Assembly (NCBI GenBank): GCA_963703345.1
Contig: OY969814.1
Location: 960,001 to 1,024,000, forward strand
Source: an uncultured Chloroflexia bacterium
Lineage (GTDB): Bacteria > Chloroflexota > Dehalococcoidia > DSTF01 > JALHUB01
DNA length: 64,000 nucleotides
Direction: 5' to 3'
Part shown: piece after piece, positions 40,880-53,500 of the stretch
Layout of the letters: every line of letters begins with the position of its first letter
How positions within the stretch are numbered: position 1 is the first letter of the stretch
Notes under the pieces: generated by a model
The model's database searches: none
The model's input: only the letters and a program-made list of their open reading frames with translations
Told to the model about the DNA's origin: nothing
Made by a program: the position numbers and the translations under genes

Positions 40880-40945
40880 ATTCTATCACCCGACGCGAGA
40901 GGCTGCTTGACGGGAAGCTTACGCCTTCCCTGCGCTTCTCCTACG
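40880..40945 (-). promoter_or_regulatory. Four-box direct-repeat promoter, copy B
   Basis: CGTAGG-N5-CGCAGG-N5-CGTAAG-N5-CGTCAAG-N20-TAGAAT on the minus strand. Confidence 0.75.
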
Positions 40946-40957
40946 GTGACGCCGCGT

Positions 40958-41971
40958 CTACACGCCCTTCGCCGCCATCACCGCGCACAGGTCCGCCGTC
41001 CGACACGAATAGCCCCACTCGTTGTCGTACCAGGCGAACAGCTTGACCATCGTCCCGTCGATGACCATCGTCAGCCCCGGATCGAAGATGGAGCTGGCCG
41101 GGTTGCCCTTGAAGTCGATGCCGACGAGCGGCTCCTCTTCGTACGCCAGTATGCCCTTCAGCTCGCTCTCCGACGCTGCTTTGAACGCCGCGTTCACCTC
41201 TTCGACCGTCGTGCCGCGCTCCAGGTCGGCGACGAAGTCGACCAGCGAGACGGTAGGCGTTGGTATGCGCAGGGCAAGCCCGTTCAGCTTCCCCTTCAGC
41301 TCGGGGAACACGTTGACGATAGCCTTGGTCGCGCCGCTGGTCGTCGGGATGATGCTCAAGGCCGCGGCGCGGGCTCGGCGCAGGTCTTTGTGGACAGTGT
41401 CGAGGATCACCTGGTCGTTGGTGTAGGAGTGAATCGTCGTCATCAGCCCGTGCTTGATGCCGAACGTCTCGTGCAGCACCTTCACCAGCGGCGCCAGGCC
41501 GTTCGTCGTGCAGGAGGCGTTGGAGATGACGTTGTGTCTGGTGTGGTCGTAGGCGGCGTCGTTGACGCCCATCACCAGCGTCAGGTCCTCGTTCTTGGCC
41601 GGCGCGGAGATGATGACCTTCTTTACGCTGTCGTGGATGTGCGCCTTCGCCAGCTCGCCGTCCGTGAAGCGGCCGGTCGATTCGATGACGATCTGCGCTC
41701 CGACCTCCTGCCAGGGCACCTTGCCCGGCTCGCGCTCCGAGAAGACGCGAATCGTGCGACCGTCAACCTTGAGGTTATCGCCTTCGACGCCGACAGTGCC
41801 CGGGAAACGCCCGTAGTTGGAGTCGTACTTGAGCAGATGCGCGTTCGTCGCGGGTGGCGCCAGGTCGTTGACCGCCGCCACTTCCAGCTCCTGCGCGTGG
41901 TATTCGGCGATTGCCCGCGTTATCAGGCGGCCGATCCGTCCGAAGCCGTTAATCCCGATCTTCGTCGCCAT
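40958..41971 (-). CDS. gap: Type I glyceraldehyde-3-phosphate dehydrogenase
   Basis: [26 protein letters not shown]. Confidence 0.99.
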   Translation of the reverse strand: MATKIGINGFGRIGRLITRAIAEYHAQELEVAAVNDLAPPATNAHLLKYDSNYGRFPGTVGVEGDNLKVDGRTIRVFSEREPGKVPWQEVGAQIVIESTGRFTDGELAKAHIHDSVKKVIISAPAKNEDLTLVMGVNDAAYDHTRHNVISNASCTTNGLAPLVKVLHETFGIKHGLMTTIHSYTNDQVILDTVHKDLRRARAAALSIIPTTSGATKAIVNVFPELKGKLNGLALRIPTPTVSLVDFVADLERGTTVEEVNAAFKAASESELKGILAYEEEPLVGIDFKGNPASSIFDPGLTMVIDGTMVKLFAWYDNEWGYSCRTADLCAVMAAKGV

Positions 41972-42006
41972 TTGTCTCCTCCTGCCTTAAGTTGCTCAGA
42001 TTCCGC

Positions 42007-42321
42007 TCAGTCGATCTTCACGGCGGTTCCGGAGGCCGTGACCATGAGCATCGTGCCCTTCAGCGTCTCGTAGTCGATGTCAACGCCGACCACGGCGTTG
42101 GCGCCGAGCGACTCGGCTAACTGCTGCATCTCCGTGAGCGCCGTCTCGCGCGCCTTCGCGAGGTCCTTCTCGTAGCCGGACGCGCGCCCGCCGATGACGT
42201 CGCGAATCGACGCGCCGAAGTCCTTGAAGGCGTTTGCGCCCAGAATCGCCTCGCCGGTGACGATACCCAGGTACTCGCGGATAGGCCGCCCTTCGATGCT
42301 TGGGGTGGTTGTGGCAATCAC
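42007..42321 (-). CDS. YbjQ/UPF0145 family protein
   Basis: [17 protein letters not shown]...[21 protein letters not shown]. Confidence 0.95.
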   Translation of the reverse strand: MIATTTPSIEGRPIREYLGIVTGEAILGANAFKDFGASIRDVIGGRASGYEKDLAKARETALTEMQQLAESLGANAVVGVDIDYETLKGTMLMVTASGTAVKID

Positions 42322-42369
42322 GATGGCTCCTTCCTTCGGCGACCCGTTTCTTCCTGCCTGGAACCGACC

Positions 42370-44179
<1,810 letters not shown>

Positions 44180-44451
44180 CGCTGCCAATCATATAGATCG
44201 GGCTGTCAGGCGACAAGACAGGCGAAGAGGCGCGACGCCCGCGTCCATGGGGCGTGCGATGAGTCAATGCGAGGTGCGATTCCGCGTTCTTGTTGCGCTC
44301 CGCGCCCGCCTTTGGCGGACTCGTCGCGCCGAACCCACGCTGGTATGAGCGGTCCCGCGGGCTGAAGCCTGTGGCACCGAAGCGACGCGCGCCTGCTTGT
44401 CCCGCTCACGCTGCGGACTGAAGTCCGCAGTCGGGGGAATAGATATCTCGC

Positions 44452-44994
44452 CTACCCCTTCTTCCCTTCCAGCAGCGCTTGTTGCGACTCCAGCAACTCG
44501 ATCTGACGGTTCTGAATCGCGATGAGCTCTTCCCACTGCTTCTCCCGCAACTCGTCGAGCTTGCTGTGGAGCTGCTCGATCTCAATCTCCGCCTTCAGGT
44601 TGACCTCGTAGTCGTTCTCCGCGTGCAGCCGGTCGCGTTGCTCGGTCCGGTTCTGGCTCATCATGATCACCGGCGCCTGGATCGCCGCCAGCATCGACAG
44701 GAACAGATTCAGAAGGATGTAAGGGTACTCGTCAAAATGGTGGAAGAGAGCGATCGTGTTGATCAGCACCCAGATCCCCAGCACCAGGGCGAAGGAGAAG
44801 ATGAACCCCCAGCTCCCCGCGGTCTGCGCCAGCCTGTCCGAAACCCTCTGCCCGAACGTCAACTGCTCTTCGTGGATCGCGATGACGTTCCGGCTCACCT
44901 TCTCATGCCGGCGCACCTTCTCGCGAATCCGCTCCTCTACCGCCGCCATACGTCCGCGACTGCCCGGCCCCTCGTCAACCGTTTTCACCGTCAT
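44452..44994 (-). CDS. DUF1003 domain membrane protein
   Basis: GSW.FI, FD.YPYILLNLFLS.LAAIQAPVIMMSQNR, DYEVNLKAE. Confidence 0.93.
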   Translation of the reverse strand: MTVKTVDEGPGSRGRMAAVEERIREKVRRHEKVSRNVIAIHEEQLTFGQRVSDRLAQTAGSWGFIFSFALVLGIWVLINTIALFHHFDEYPYILLNLFLSMLAAIQAPVIMMSQNRTEQRDRLHAENDYEVNLKAEIEIEQLHSKLDELREKQWEELIAIQNRQIELLESQQALLEGKKG

Positions 44995-45172
44995 TCCTAC
45001 CTCCTGTCGAATGCGACGCGTGGGGCCCCAGATCGCGACGCCCGCCGCCGCAAGAAACCGTAGCATTCGCCGGATCGTCCGTCAATCACCGACGAGGCTT
45101 GACCACCAGCCGCCAACCGCGCTATAGCGATGACAGACCTTAGTCGCCTCGCGCGCCAACGAAAGGGGAACC

Positions 45173-45964
45173 ATGGACCTCGAGACCGTCATCTACCAGA
45201 CCAGGGACAAGGTCGGCTACGTCATCATGAACCGGCCCGACAAGCGGAACGCCCTCAACCACCAGCTCCTCGACGACTTGGATAACGCCTTCGACATCGC
45301 CGAAGCCGACGATTCCGTCAACGTCGTCGTCCTCAAGGGTGCCGGGCCGTCGTTCTGCTCCGGCTACGACCTGGGCGGCAGCTACTACACCAGCATCCCC
45401 CGCGGCGCCGACCACTGGGACCTGAAGAACAGCCTCCTCACCCTGCGCGCCATCGAGGCCCGCTACCTGCGCATCTGGAACTTCCCCAAGCCGACAATTG
45501 CCCAGGTCCACGGCCACTGCCTCGCTGCCGGCTGCTACCTGCAGATGGTCTGCGACATCACCGTCGCCGCCGAGGACGCCAAGCTTGGCCATCCCGCGCA
45601 GCGATGGGGCGGCGTCAGCAGCATGCCCCTCTGGCAGATACTCATGGGCTCGAAGCACGCCCGCTACATGCTGTACACCGGACGTAGCGTCAGCGGCCTC
45701 GATGCCGAGCGCTGGGGCCTCGTCAGCCTCGCCGTCCCGGGCGACCAGTTGGAGGCGACCGTCGACCAGCTAGCCGACGAAGTAGCGGAAGTGCCGCCGC
45801 ACGGCATGCTCCAGAACAAAGAGGCGCTGAACACCGACCTGGAGCTGATGGGTGTCACCGCCATGTTCCGGTTCCACGGCCACCACAACGCCCTCGACCG
45901 CATCGTGCGCCCGGCCGTCGGCTTCGGCGAAGGCGTCCAGAAGCCGGAGACGCCGAAGAGCTAG
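45173..45964 (+). CDS. Enoyl-CoA hydratase/isomerase (crotonase) family protein
   Basis: NRPDKRNAL, GAGPSFCSGYDL, PKPTIAQVHG. Confidence 0.92.
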   Translation: MDLETVIYQTRDKVGYVIMNRPDKRNALNHQLLDDLDNAFDIAEADDSVNVVVLKGAGPSFCSGYDLGGSYYTSIPRGADHWDLKNSLLTLRAIEARYLRIWNFPKPTIAQVHGHCLAAGCYLQMVCDITVAAEDAKLGHPAQRWGGVSSMPLWQILMGSKHARYMLYTGRSVSGLDAERWGLVSLAVPGDQLEATVDQLADEVAEVPPHGMLQNKEALNTDLELMGVTAMFRFHGHHNALDRIVRPAVGFGEGVQKPETPKS

Positions 45965-46041
45965 AGCACCCGTTCTCCCATCGCCGACGTCAATCTTGAT
46001 GGTCTGTGCCGCGGGCGAGGCGAGAGCCAGTCGGTGCTCTG

Positions 46042-46404
46042 TTATTTCGCGTAGTTGCTCGCGCCTGACCAGTCGATGAGGACGACCGGCTCATCTCCGA
46101 CGACCCAGCCATCGTGTCCGGATGGAAGGGCGGACACCTCCCCCGGGCCGACCTCGAACTCGGAGCCATCAGCCATGAGGACGTGCAGGCGTCCGGACAC
46201 GTGGTACTGGAAATGAGGCGCCTCGCACCATTCGGTCCCGGCGATGGGCTTCACGTGCTTGGACCACCGCCAGCCCGGCTGCAGGGTCAGACGCCCGACG
46301 GTCCCGCCCCCTATGTTGATCAGCTCCAGCCTTCCCTTCTCGAAGGTCCTCGTCTCATCAGGTGATTTCAGGTCTTTGCGCTCGTATCGTACGGCGACAG
46401 CCAT
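46042..46404 (-). CDS. Cupin domain protein
   Basis: PDETRTF.KG, LQPGWRWS.HVKP.AGT..C...H, GHDGWVVG.EP. Confidence 0.9.
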   Translation of the reverse strand: MAVAVRYERKDLKSPDETRTFEKGRLELINIGGGTVGRLTLQPGWRWSKHVKPIAGTEWCEAPHFQYHVSGRLHVLMADGSEFEVGPGEVSALPSGHDGWVVGDEPVVLIDWSGASNYAK

Positions 46405-46625
46405 TTCGGGTCCCTCTTTCTGTGGCTCACAAACTAGACTCCCTGTTCGGCCACCTTTCAGCGTAGCGCCGCCGAGTGCAGGTGATGTGTGAGTTTTGTC
46501 GCCGTGCCGTGAACGTTGGGTGAAGGTCTGAGGCTCAGAAGCGGGCGGCATCGTGCGCCCGGTCGTCAAGAAGCCCGAGGCGCCGAAGACCTAGACCAAT
46601 TACAACAGCGCCGCAGTGACACGAG

Positions 46626-47591
46626 TCAATCCTGTTGTCGCGACTTCTCGACCAGGACCTTCGGCAGTTGCGTAAGATCAGTGATGACCGTTGCATGCTT
46701 GCGGAGATGTCCTCGATTGATGAGGTCGGCGAACAGCTTCTCAGTGACTACAACATCGCAGTACATGACCATGGGGCCCATCTGCCCCCAGTCAATAAGC
46801 AAAGTTCGCGTGGCCCTCAGCGCCCTGTTCTTGATCCAGTAGCGATGCAAATGAACGTCCGCCCTCTGCGACGGCAGATCGTCGACAAACTCTATCAATC
46901 CCTCGCGCCCGAGCGCGAACAACTCCTCCCAAGAAACCCCGTGCCGAAGCAGGGCTTCACCAAGCGGCTCCCGAATGCCGTTGAGAGCGATAGCGTAGAG
47001 AGCTCTTTCGCGGGTCTCTGTATCGAGTTCTTCAAGACGCTCGGAAAGCGTATTCATCGCATCCTGAAATACTACTGCGCGCTCGGACGTGCCAACGCGA
47101 TGCGCCGTCTCGCCGGTCAAGAAATTGCTTCCACTCAACAGGCTCTTCTCAACGAGCTCTTCAATGGCTCGCTTCGTCCTCATCGAGACAACCTCAGGGA
47201 TGTGCACCTCGGGAAACGGCTCGGGGGCGACGCCTGCAATGCCCCGACCGAGTAATTGAAGCGGCTGAATGTGATCTGCTTGCGTTCGGCGTGGGAACCG
47301 GGCGCACAATGCTCCATCGAGTTCGTGGCGGAGTATTACGCTTGGGTCGGCTATCGTGGTCCCGCCCGATATATCCCACATCACTTCCGCCAACCTCCGG
47401 CGTCTTCCCAAGTCCCTAGTTACCTGCGTTTCTTGATAATGGCTGCCGGAGAGGGGGAAGCACGCCAGCCCCTGCGTCCGAGAGAAGCGGATGAACCGAA
47501 CAACGTCACTCAGGTCGCGGACGGGCCTCTTGCCGTACAGGAACCTGGCAAGCTCTATCCACTTGTTCTGATCCAAATATACGATGAGCAC
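46626..47591 (-). CDS. Hypothetical protein with PIN-like acidic motifs
   Basis: IVYLDQNKWI, PLS.SH..E, D...YCDVVVTE; GTG start just below a TGgTACAAT -10. Confidence 0.6.
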   Translation of the reverse strand: MLIVYLDQNKWIELARFLYGKRPVRDLSDVVRFIRFSRTQGLACFPLSGSHYQETQVTRDLGRRRRLAEVMWDISGGTTIADPSVILRHELDGALCARFPRRTQADHIQPLQLLGRGIAGVAPEPFPEVHIPEVVSMRTKRAIEELVEKSLLSGSNFLTGETAHRVGTSERAVVFQDAMNTLSERLEELDTETRERALYAIALNGIREPLGEALLRHGVSWEELFALGREGLIEFVDDLPSQRADVHLHRYWIKNRALRATRTLLIDWGQMGPMVMYCDVVVTEKLFADLINRGHLRKHATVITDLTQLPKVLVEKSRQQD

Positions 47592-47623
47592 TTGGTCGGA
47601 TTGTACCACGTTCCCGGGAGAGT

Positions 47624-47673
47624 GCAGGGAGGGCGTGCCCTCCCTGCCGGGGGTTCAGGGGGTGTCCCCCTGA
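47624..47673. repeat. Double-hairpin REP/MITE-like palindromic element
   Basis: GCAGGGAGGGC-GT-GCCCTCCCTGC and TCAGGGGG-TGT-CCCCCTGA. Confidence 0.6.
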
Positions 47674-47999
47674 TTCCCGATAAACATTACTCGGGCGGGC
47701 GGGTGGGAAGAGATAGCGCACTCTTGCAACAGCGGCAGCGGGCGGGCCACCGCAGACTCGTCTCTAGACAGGCGGGAAGAGACGATGTCTTGCCGACGCG
47801 CCGGCCGGGCAGGGGAGCGCAGACCCGCCAGTGCCACCTCCCCCTTGGAAACCGCGCGACGCTGTGCTCTAATAGATGCGACAGCGCGCACCGGCAGGCG
47901 CCGCGCAGCCAAGAGCCCTTTTCGACGGTCAATTACACAAATCTACCCCTAACAGCTTCGGAAAAGTCGACATTTTTACAAACAAATACAATCATACTT

Positions 48000-48041
48000 G
48001 CCCGTCTGGGCCTGCCCGTCTGGGCCTACCCGTCGGGGCCG
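48000..48041. repeat. 14-bp tandem repeat, about 3 copies
   Basis: GCCCGTCTGGGCCT GCCCGTCTGGGCCT ACCCGTCGGGGCCG. Confidence 0.7.
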
Positions 48042-48148
48042 GCCCGCCGCCCCCGACCTCCCCTCCGCCCCCAACCCCCCGCTCCATGTGGTATATTGAA
48101 CCTAGAGTCGACAGCGCATAGCGGGACGCCCTTCCGGAGCACAAGGAC

Positions 48149-49465
48149 GTGTTCGATACCGTAACCTCCGCCCGCGCCCTAATGGGCACGGCCCTCGGCT
48201 TCCACATCATCTTCGCCACCGTCGGCATCGGCCTGCCGCCCCTACTGTTCGCCGCCGAAGGCCTCTACCTGCGCACCGGCAAGGAGATGTACCGCGACAT
48301 GGCCAAGCGATGGGCCGTCGTCGTCGGCGTCCTCTTCGCCGTCGGCGCCGTCTCCGGCACCATCCTTTCGTTCTCCTTCGGCCTCCTCTGGCCGAGCTGG
48401 ACCACCTTCTCCGGCGGCATCATCGGCCTGCCGTTCTTCCTGGAAGGCTTCGCCTTCTTCACCGAGGCCATCTTCCTGGGCCTCTACCTCTACGGCTGGA
48501 ATAAGCTCAGCCCGAAGGCCCACTGGCTCACGACGATTCCTATCGCCGTCGCCGCTCTCGCCTCCGCCTTCTTCATCATCAGCGCCAACTCCTGGATGAA
48601 CCAGCCGACCGGCTTCGACATCGTCAACGGCGTCGTCACCAACGTCAACCCGACCGCCGCCATGCTCACAAACCGCGCCTTCCCCTACGAGTTCGTCCAC
48701 GGCGCCCTCGCGGCCTACGTCGCGCTGGGCCTGGGCGTTGCCGGCATCTACGCCCTCGCCATGCTCCGCGGCGACCGCTCCGACTACAACAAGAAGGCGC
48801 TGATGCTCGGCCTCGGGCTCGCCGCCGTCTTCGCGCCGGTGCAGGTCGTCTCCGGCGACCTCAGTGCGCGACACCTGGCGCACAACCAGCCCGAGAAGTT
48901 CGCCGCCATGGAGGGCCAGTTCGCGACCCAACGAGGCGCACCGCTGCGCATCGGCGGCATACCCTTCCCCGGCGACCACGAGACGAAGTTCGCCATCGAG
49001 ATCCCCAAGCTGGCCAGCATCCTCGCCTTCGAGCACGCCGATGCCGAGATCAAGGGCCTCGACAGCTTCCCGCAGGACGAGATACCTAACGTCTGGCTCG
49101 CCCACTTCCCGTTCCAGATCATGGTTGCGCTCGGCTTCACCTTTGTCGGCGTCTCCGCCCTGTTCTGGGGGCATGCCTGGTGGAAGAAGAGAGTCGATCC
49201 GCCGCGGCTGCTCCTCGCCATCCTTGTGCTGATGGGCGTTCTCGGCTTCTTCGCCATCGAGATGGGCTGGTTCGTCACCGAATTCGGCCGCCAGCCATGG
49301 ATGATCTACCACGTCATGCGAACTGAGGGCGGCGCGACGCCTCGCGCAGGCATCTGGGTGCTGCTCGTGCTGTTCGGTCTCGTCTACGTGGCGCTGACCA
49401 TCGGGCTGGCCGGCGTCCTGTTGCTCCAGCAGCGCGGCCGCACCAAGACGGCGCGGACTGAGTAG
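48149..49465 (+). CDS. cydA: Cytochrome bd ubiquinol oxidase subunit I (short Q-loop)
   Basis: FHIIF, ANSWMNQP, QPEKFAAMEG, FQIMV, GWFVTEFGRQPW. Confidence 0.97.
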   Translation: MFDTVTSARALMGTALGFHIIFATVGIGLPPLLFAAEGLYLRTGKEMYRDMAKRWAVVVGVLFAVGAVSGTILSFSFGLLWPSWTTFSGGIIGLPFFLEGFAFFTEAIFLGLYLYGWNKLSPKAHWLTTIPIAVAALASAFFIISANSWMNQPTGFDIVNGVVTNVNPTAAMLTNRAFPYEFVHGALAAYVALGLGVAGIYALAMLRGDRSDYNKKALMLGLGLAAVFAPVQVVSGDLSARHLAHNQPEKFAAMEGQFATQRGAPLRIGGIPFPGDHETKFAIEIPKLASILAFEHADAEIKGLDSFPQDEIPNVWLAHFPFQIMVALGFTFVGVSALFWGHAWWKKRVDPPRLLLAILVLMGVLGFFAIEMGWFVTEFGRQPWMIYHVMRTEGGATPRAGIWVLLVLFGLVYVALTIGLAGVLLLQQRGRTKTARTE

Positions 49466-49476
49466 GAGGGCCACGA

Positions 49477-50490
49477 TTGACCCTTGACAAGATAGCGGCG
49501 ATCGTCGCGCTGACCGGCGTCATGGCCTACGCGATATTCGGCGGCGCCGACTTCGGCAGCGGCATCTGGTCGGCGCTCGCGAGCGGGCCGCGCGCCGGGC
49601 AACAGCGCAACGCTCTCTACAAGGCGATAGGCCCCGTCTGGGAGACGAACAACGTCTGGCTTATCCTCATCGTCGTCGTCCTTCTGATGGCGTTCCCCGG
49701 CGCCCTGGCTAATCTCTCGACCGCGCTGCTCGTCCCGCTGTGCGTGGGCCTCATCGGCATCGTCTTCCGCGGCGCCGGATTCGCCTTCCGCAACTACTCG
49801 CGCGAATCGGGGGCGGGCATGGTGCCGCTGCACGGCGTCTTGTTCGCTATCGCCAGCGTCATAACGCCTTTCGCCTTCGGCGTGGCGCTGGGCGCGACCG
49901 GCGGCGGCGAGATCAAGCTCAACGACGGCGCCGTCACCTCCGGCCTCTTCGCGCCCTGGATGCACCCCTTCCCGATACTCTTCGGACTGACCGCAGTCTG
50001 CGCCTGTGCCTTCCTGACGATGAGCTACATGACGATCCGCTCTTCCGGCGACCTGCGCGAGGACTTCCGCCTGCGTGGCCTGCTGGCGGGCGTCGCCGTC
50101 GGTCTGATGGCGATAGTCACGCTTGCAGTCGCCCGCTGGGACGCCACCGGCTTCTGGGACCTCTGGCAACGAGCCGCGCCCGAGTGGATGCTCGGTGTCG
50201 CGGCGGCGAGTGGCCTGGTCGCCCTGCTCGTGCTCTGGCGGCGCTGGTACATGCTGGCGCCGGCCGCGTCCGGCGGCGCCGTGGCGCTGCTCGTCGCGGC
50301 ATGGGGAGTCATCCAGTACCCGTACTTCATCGTGCGGAGCGAGAGCATATTCGACGTCGCCTCCAACCAGACGATGATCCGCTCAGCGCTGGTCGGCTTG
50401 CTGTGCGGCGCGGTGATACTGATACCGTCGCTGCTGCTGCTGTACCTTAGCTTCGTCGCTGAGAGCGCCGAAGAGGCGCCGGAGAGCTAA
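49477..50490 (+). CDS. cydB: Cytochrome bd ubiquinol oxidase subunit II
   Basis: YAIFGGADFGSG, IGPVWETNNVWLI, RGAGFAFR. Confidence 0.96.
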   Translation: MTLDKIAAIVALTGVMAYAIFGGADFGSGIWSALASGPRAGQQRNALYKAIGPVWETNNVWLILIVVVLLMAFPGALANLSTALLVPLCVGLIGIVFRGAGFAFRNYSRESGAGMVPLHGVLFAIASVITPFAFGVALGATGGGEIKLNDGAVTSGLFAPWMHPFPILFGLTAVCACAFLTMSYMTIRSSGDLREDFRLRGLLAGVAVGLMAIVTLAVARWDATGFWDLWQRAAPEWMLGVAAASGLVALLVLWRRWYMLAPAASGGAVALLVAAWGVIQYPYFIVRSESIFDVASNQTMIRSALVGLLCGAVILIPSLLLLYLSFVAESAEEAPES

Positions 50491-50533
50491 CGCGCGTTTG
50501 CCGACGCGTGGCGCAGGCTGCTAGAATAGTCGA

Positions 50534-50562
50534 AGGGCTGGTTCCCGAGGGCCAGCCCTTTT
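50534..50562 (+). terminator. Rho-independent terminator-like hairpin between cydB and mfd
   Basis: AAGGGCTGGTTC-CC-GAGGGCCAGCCC-TTTT. Confidence 0.55.
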
Positions 50563-50569
50563 CGGTGTC

Positions 50570-53500
50570 GTGATGAACCTGAGAGGCGTCCTGCCCCTAA
50601 TCGAAGAAGCGCTCGCCGCCGAAGGGCGGCTGGAGGCGCCCGCCGGCCGCCTCACTGTCGGCGCGCCCGACGGCGCCAAGGCTGCGGTCATCGCGCTGCT
50701 CGCACAAGGGAGCGATGCGCCGCTCGTCGTCGTCACCGCGCACGCCAACCGAGCGCAGGCGCTGATCGAAGGGCTGGCGGCGTGGCTGGGCGGCGACGAG
50801 CGACTCCGCCTGTTCCCGCGACGCGCCGCTCTCCCCTATGAGCGCCTCGCCCCCGACGCTGAAGCCGTGCGCGACCGCCTCCGCGTCCTGGCGCTCTTGC
50901 CTGCCGGTAGACATGGGCTCGCCGGCCGCTACGACGCGCCGCCCATCGTAGTCGCGCCCGTCCAGGCGCTGGCCGAGGCCACCCTTTCGCCGGAGGAGAT
51001 GGCGAGCTCCCATGAGACGCTCACCGCCGGCGGCAGGCTGGCGCCGGAGCCGTTCCTGCGCCGCCTCGTCGAGCGCGGCTATCAGTTCTCGCCCCTCGTC
51101 GATACGCCCGGGCAGGCCGGACGGCGCGGCGGCATCATCGACGTCTTCCCGCCGGAGAACGAGCTGCCACTGCGTATTGAGCTGCTCGGCGAGCGGATCG
51201 AAAGCCTGCGCCTGTTCGATCCGGCGACGCAGCGCACCATCCGGCTCGTCAACTCGTCGGCAATCGGGCCGGCGCGGGAGATGCTCCTTCCCCAGCCGAG
51301 CGCTGTGGACCTCCTGTCGAAGCTCGACTTCGACTCCTGCAAGCCGGAGGTGACCGCCCGCTTTCGCGATGAAGCGGCCCTGCTGGCGCAAGGCGAAAGC
51401 TTCCCCGACGACATCTTCTACGTGCCGTTCCTGGCCTGCTGCAGCCTCCTCGACCATCTGCCGCGGAACGCCCTCCTCGTCCTCGACGAGCTCTCGGACA
51501 TAGCGACCGCGGAGGAGGAGCTCGACCGGCAGGTTATCGAGATCGAAGACGAAATGACGCACCGCTGCGAGCTGCCGCGAGGGTTGCCTTTCCCGCAAAA
51601 GCCGTGGCAGGAGCTGCGCGAGGCGCTAACGTCGCGCCCCGGCGTCGTCGAGCTGTCGCGCTGGGCCAGCGGCGAGGAGTGCGAGGGCGACTTCCGCCTG
51701 CCCTTCACCGCCGCGGGCGCATACGGCGGCCGCCTCCTGGAGCTTGCGAAGGACCTTTCCGGCGCAGCTCAGCGACGCCAGACGACCGTCATCGTCTCGC
51801 AGCAGGCGGCGCGCATCGCCGAAGTGCTCAGCGAGAACGATCTCTTCGCCACGCCGCTCGCCGCCGTCGAGTCGCCGCTGCCGGCGGGCGCGCTGGCGGT
51901 CGTGCACGGCTCGCTTCCGGAAGGCTGGAGCTTGCGCTCGCCCCAGGGAGACGGACTCACACTGCTCACGGACTCCGAGCTCTTCGGGTTCGTCAAGCAG
52001 CGCCGTTTCACGCGTCCGACCGCGGGCCGCCGCATCGACTTCCTTGCCGACCTCAGTCCCGGCGACTTCGTCGTCCACATCGAGAATGGCATCGGCAAGT
52101 TCGCCGGCCTGACGCATCTTCAGACCGATGGCGAACAGGAGCGGGAGTACCTGGAGCTGCGCTACGCGGAAGGCGACCGCCTCTTCGTGCCGACGGACCA
52201 GGTCGACCGCGTCAGCCGCTACGTCGGCCCCGGCGACCACAGCCCGACGCTTACGCGACTCGGCACGCAGGAATGGCGTCGCGCCAAGGAGCGGGTGCAG
52301 CGGTCGGTCCGCAACCTGGCGCGCGAGCTGCTGGCGCTTTACGCTTCGCGGCAGGTGCTGCACGGGCACGCCTTCTCGCCGGACACGACCTGGCAGCAGG
52401 AGCTCGAAGCATCGTTCCCCTACGTCGAGACGCCGGACCAGGCGGCGGCGATGGCGGAGGTCAAGCTGGACATGGAGAGCCAGCGCCCGATGGACCGCCT
52501 GGTCTGCGGCGACGTGGGCTACGGCAAGACGGAGATCGCCATCCGCGCGTCGTTCAAGGCCGTGATGGACGGCATGCAGGCGGCGATGCTGGTGCCGACG
52601 ACGGTGCTCGCCCAGCAGCACTTCCAGACGTTCTGCGACCGTCTCTCCGGCTTCCCCGTCCGCGTCGAGATGCTGTCCCGCTTTCGCTCCGACAGGGAGC
52701 AGCGGGACATCGTACGCGACCTGGCGGCGGGCTCCGTAGACATCGTTATCGGCACCCACCGCCTCCTGCAATCGGACGTCGCCTTCCGCGACCTTGGCCT
52801 GGTGATAATCGACGAGGAGCAGCGCTTCGGCGTCGCCCACAAAGAGCGCCTGAAGCACATGCGCCAGCAGGTCGACGTGCTGACGCTCTCGGCGACGCCT
52901 ATCCCGCGCACGCTGCACATGGCGCTCGGCGGCATCCGCGACATGTCGGTCATGGACACACCGCCGGAGGACCGCCTGCCGATCAAGACCTACGTGCTCG
53001 AGTTCGATGAGCACTTCGCCCGCGACGCAATGCTGCGCGAGCTTGAACGCAACGGGCAAGTCTACTTCGTTCACAACCGCGTGTTCAACATCGAGGGCGT
53101 CGCCGACCGGCTGCGACGCCTGCTGCCGGAGGCGGAGATAGCCGTCGGCCACGGGCAGATGCCGGAGGACCAGCTCGAACGCGTGATGCTTGACTTCGCC
53201 CGCGGCGCCGTCGACGCCCTCGTCTGCACGACGATCATCGAATCGGGACTCGATATTCCCAACGTCAACACGATAATGATCAACCAGGCGGACCGGCTGG
53301 GCCTGGCGCAGCTCTACCAGCTTCGCGGCCGCGTCGGGCGGGGCGCCAGCCGAGCATACGCCTACCTCTTCTACGACCGCCATCGCTCGCTGACGGAGCC
53401 CGCCCAGAAACGCCTCCAGGCCATCTTCGAGGCGACGGAGCTGGGCGCCGGCTTTCAGATCGCCCTCCGCGACCTGGAGATCAGGGGCGCCGGCAACCTC

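Noticed and set aside
44200-44440. Intergenic region with a REP-like GGGCTGAAGCC palindrome
   Set aside because: Single short instance with no second copy in the window; cannot support a repeat or ncRNA call.
46410-46625. Possible integron attC site near the cupin and PIN-like genes
   Set aside because: No convincing RYYYAAC...GTTRRRY paired structure and no integron integrase.
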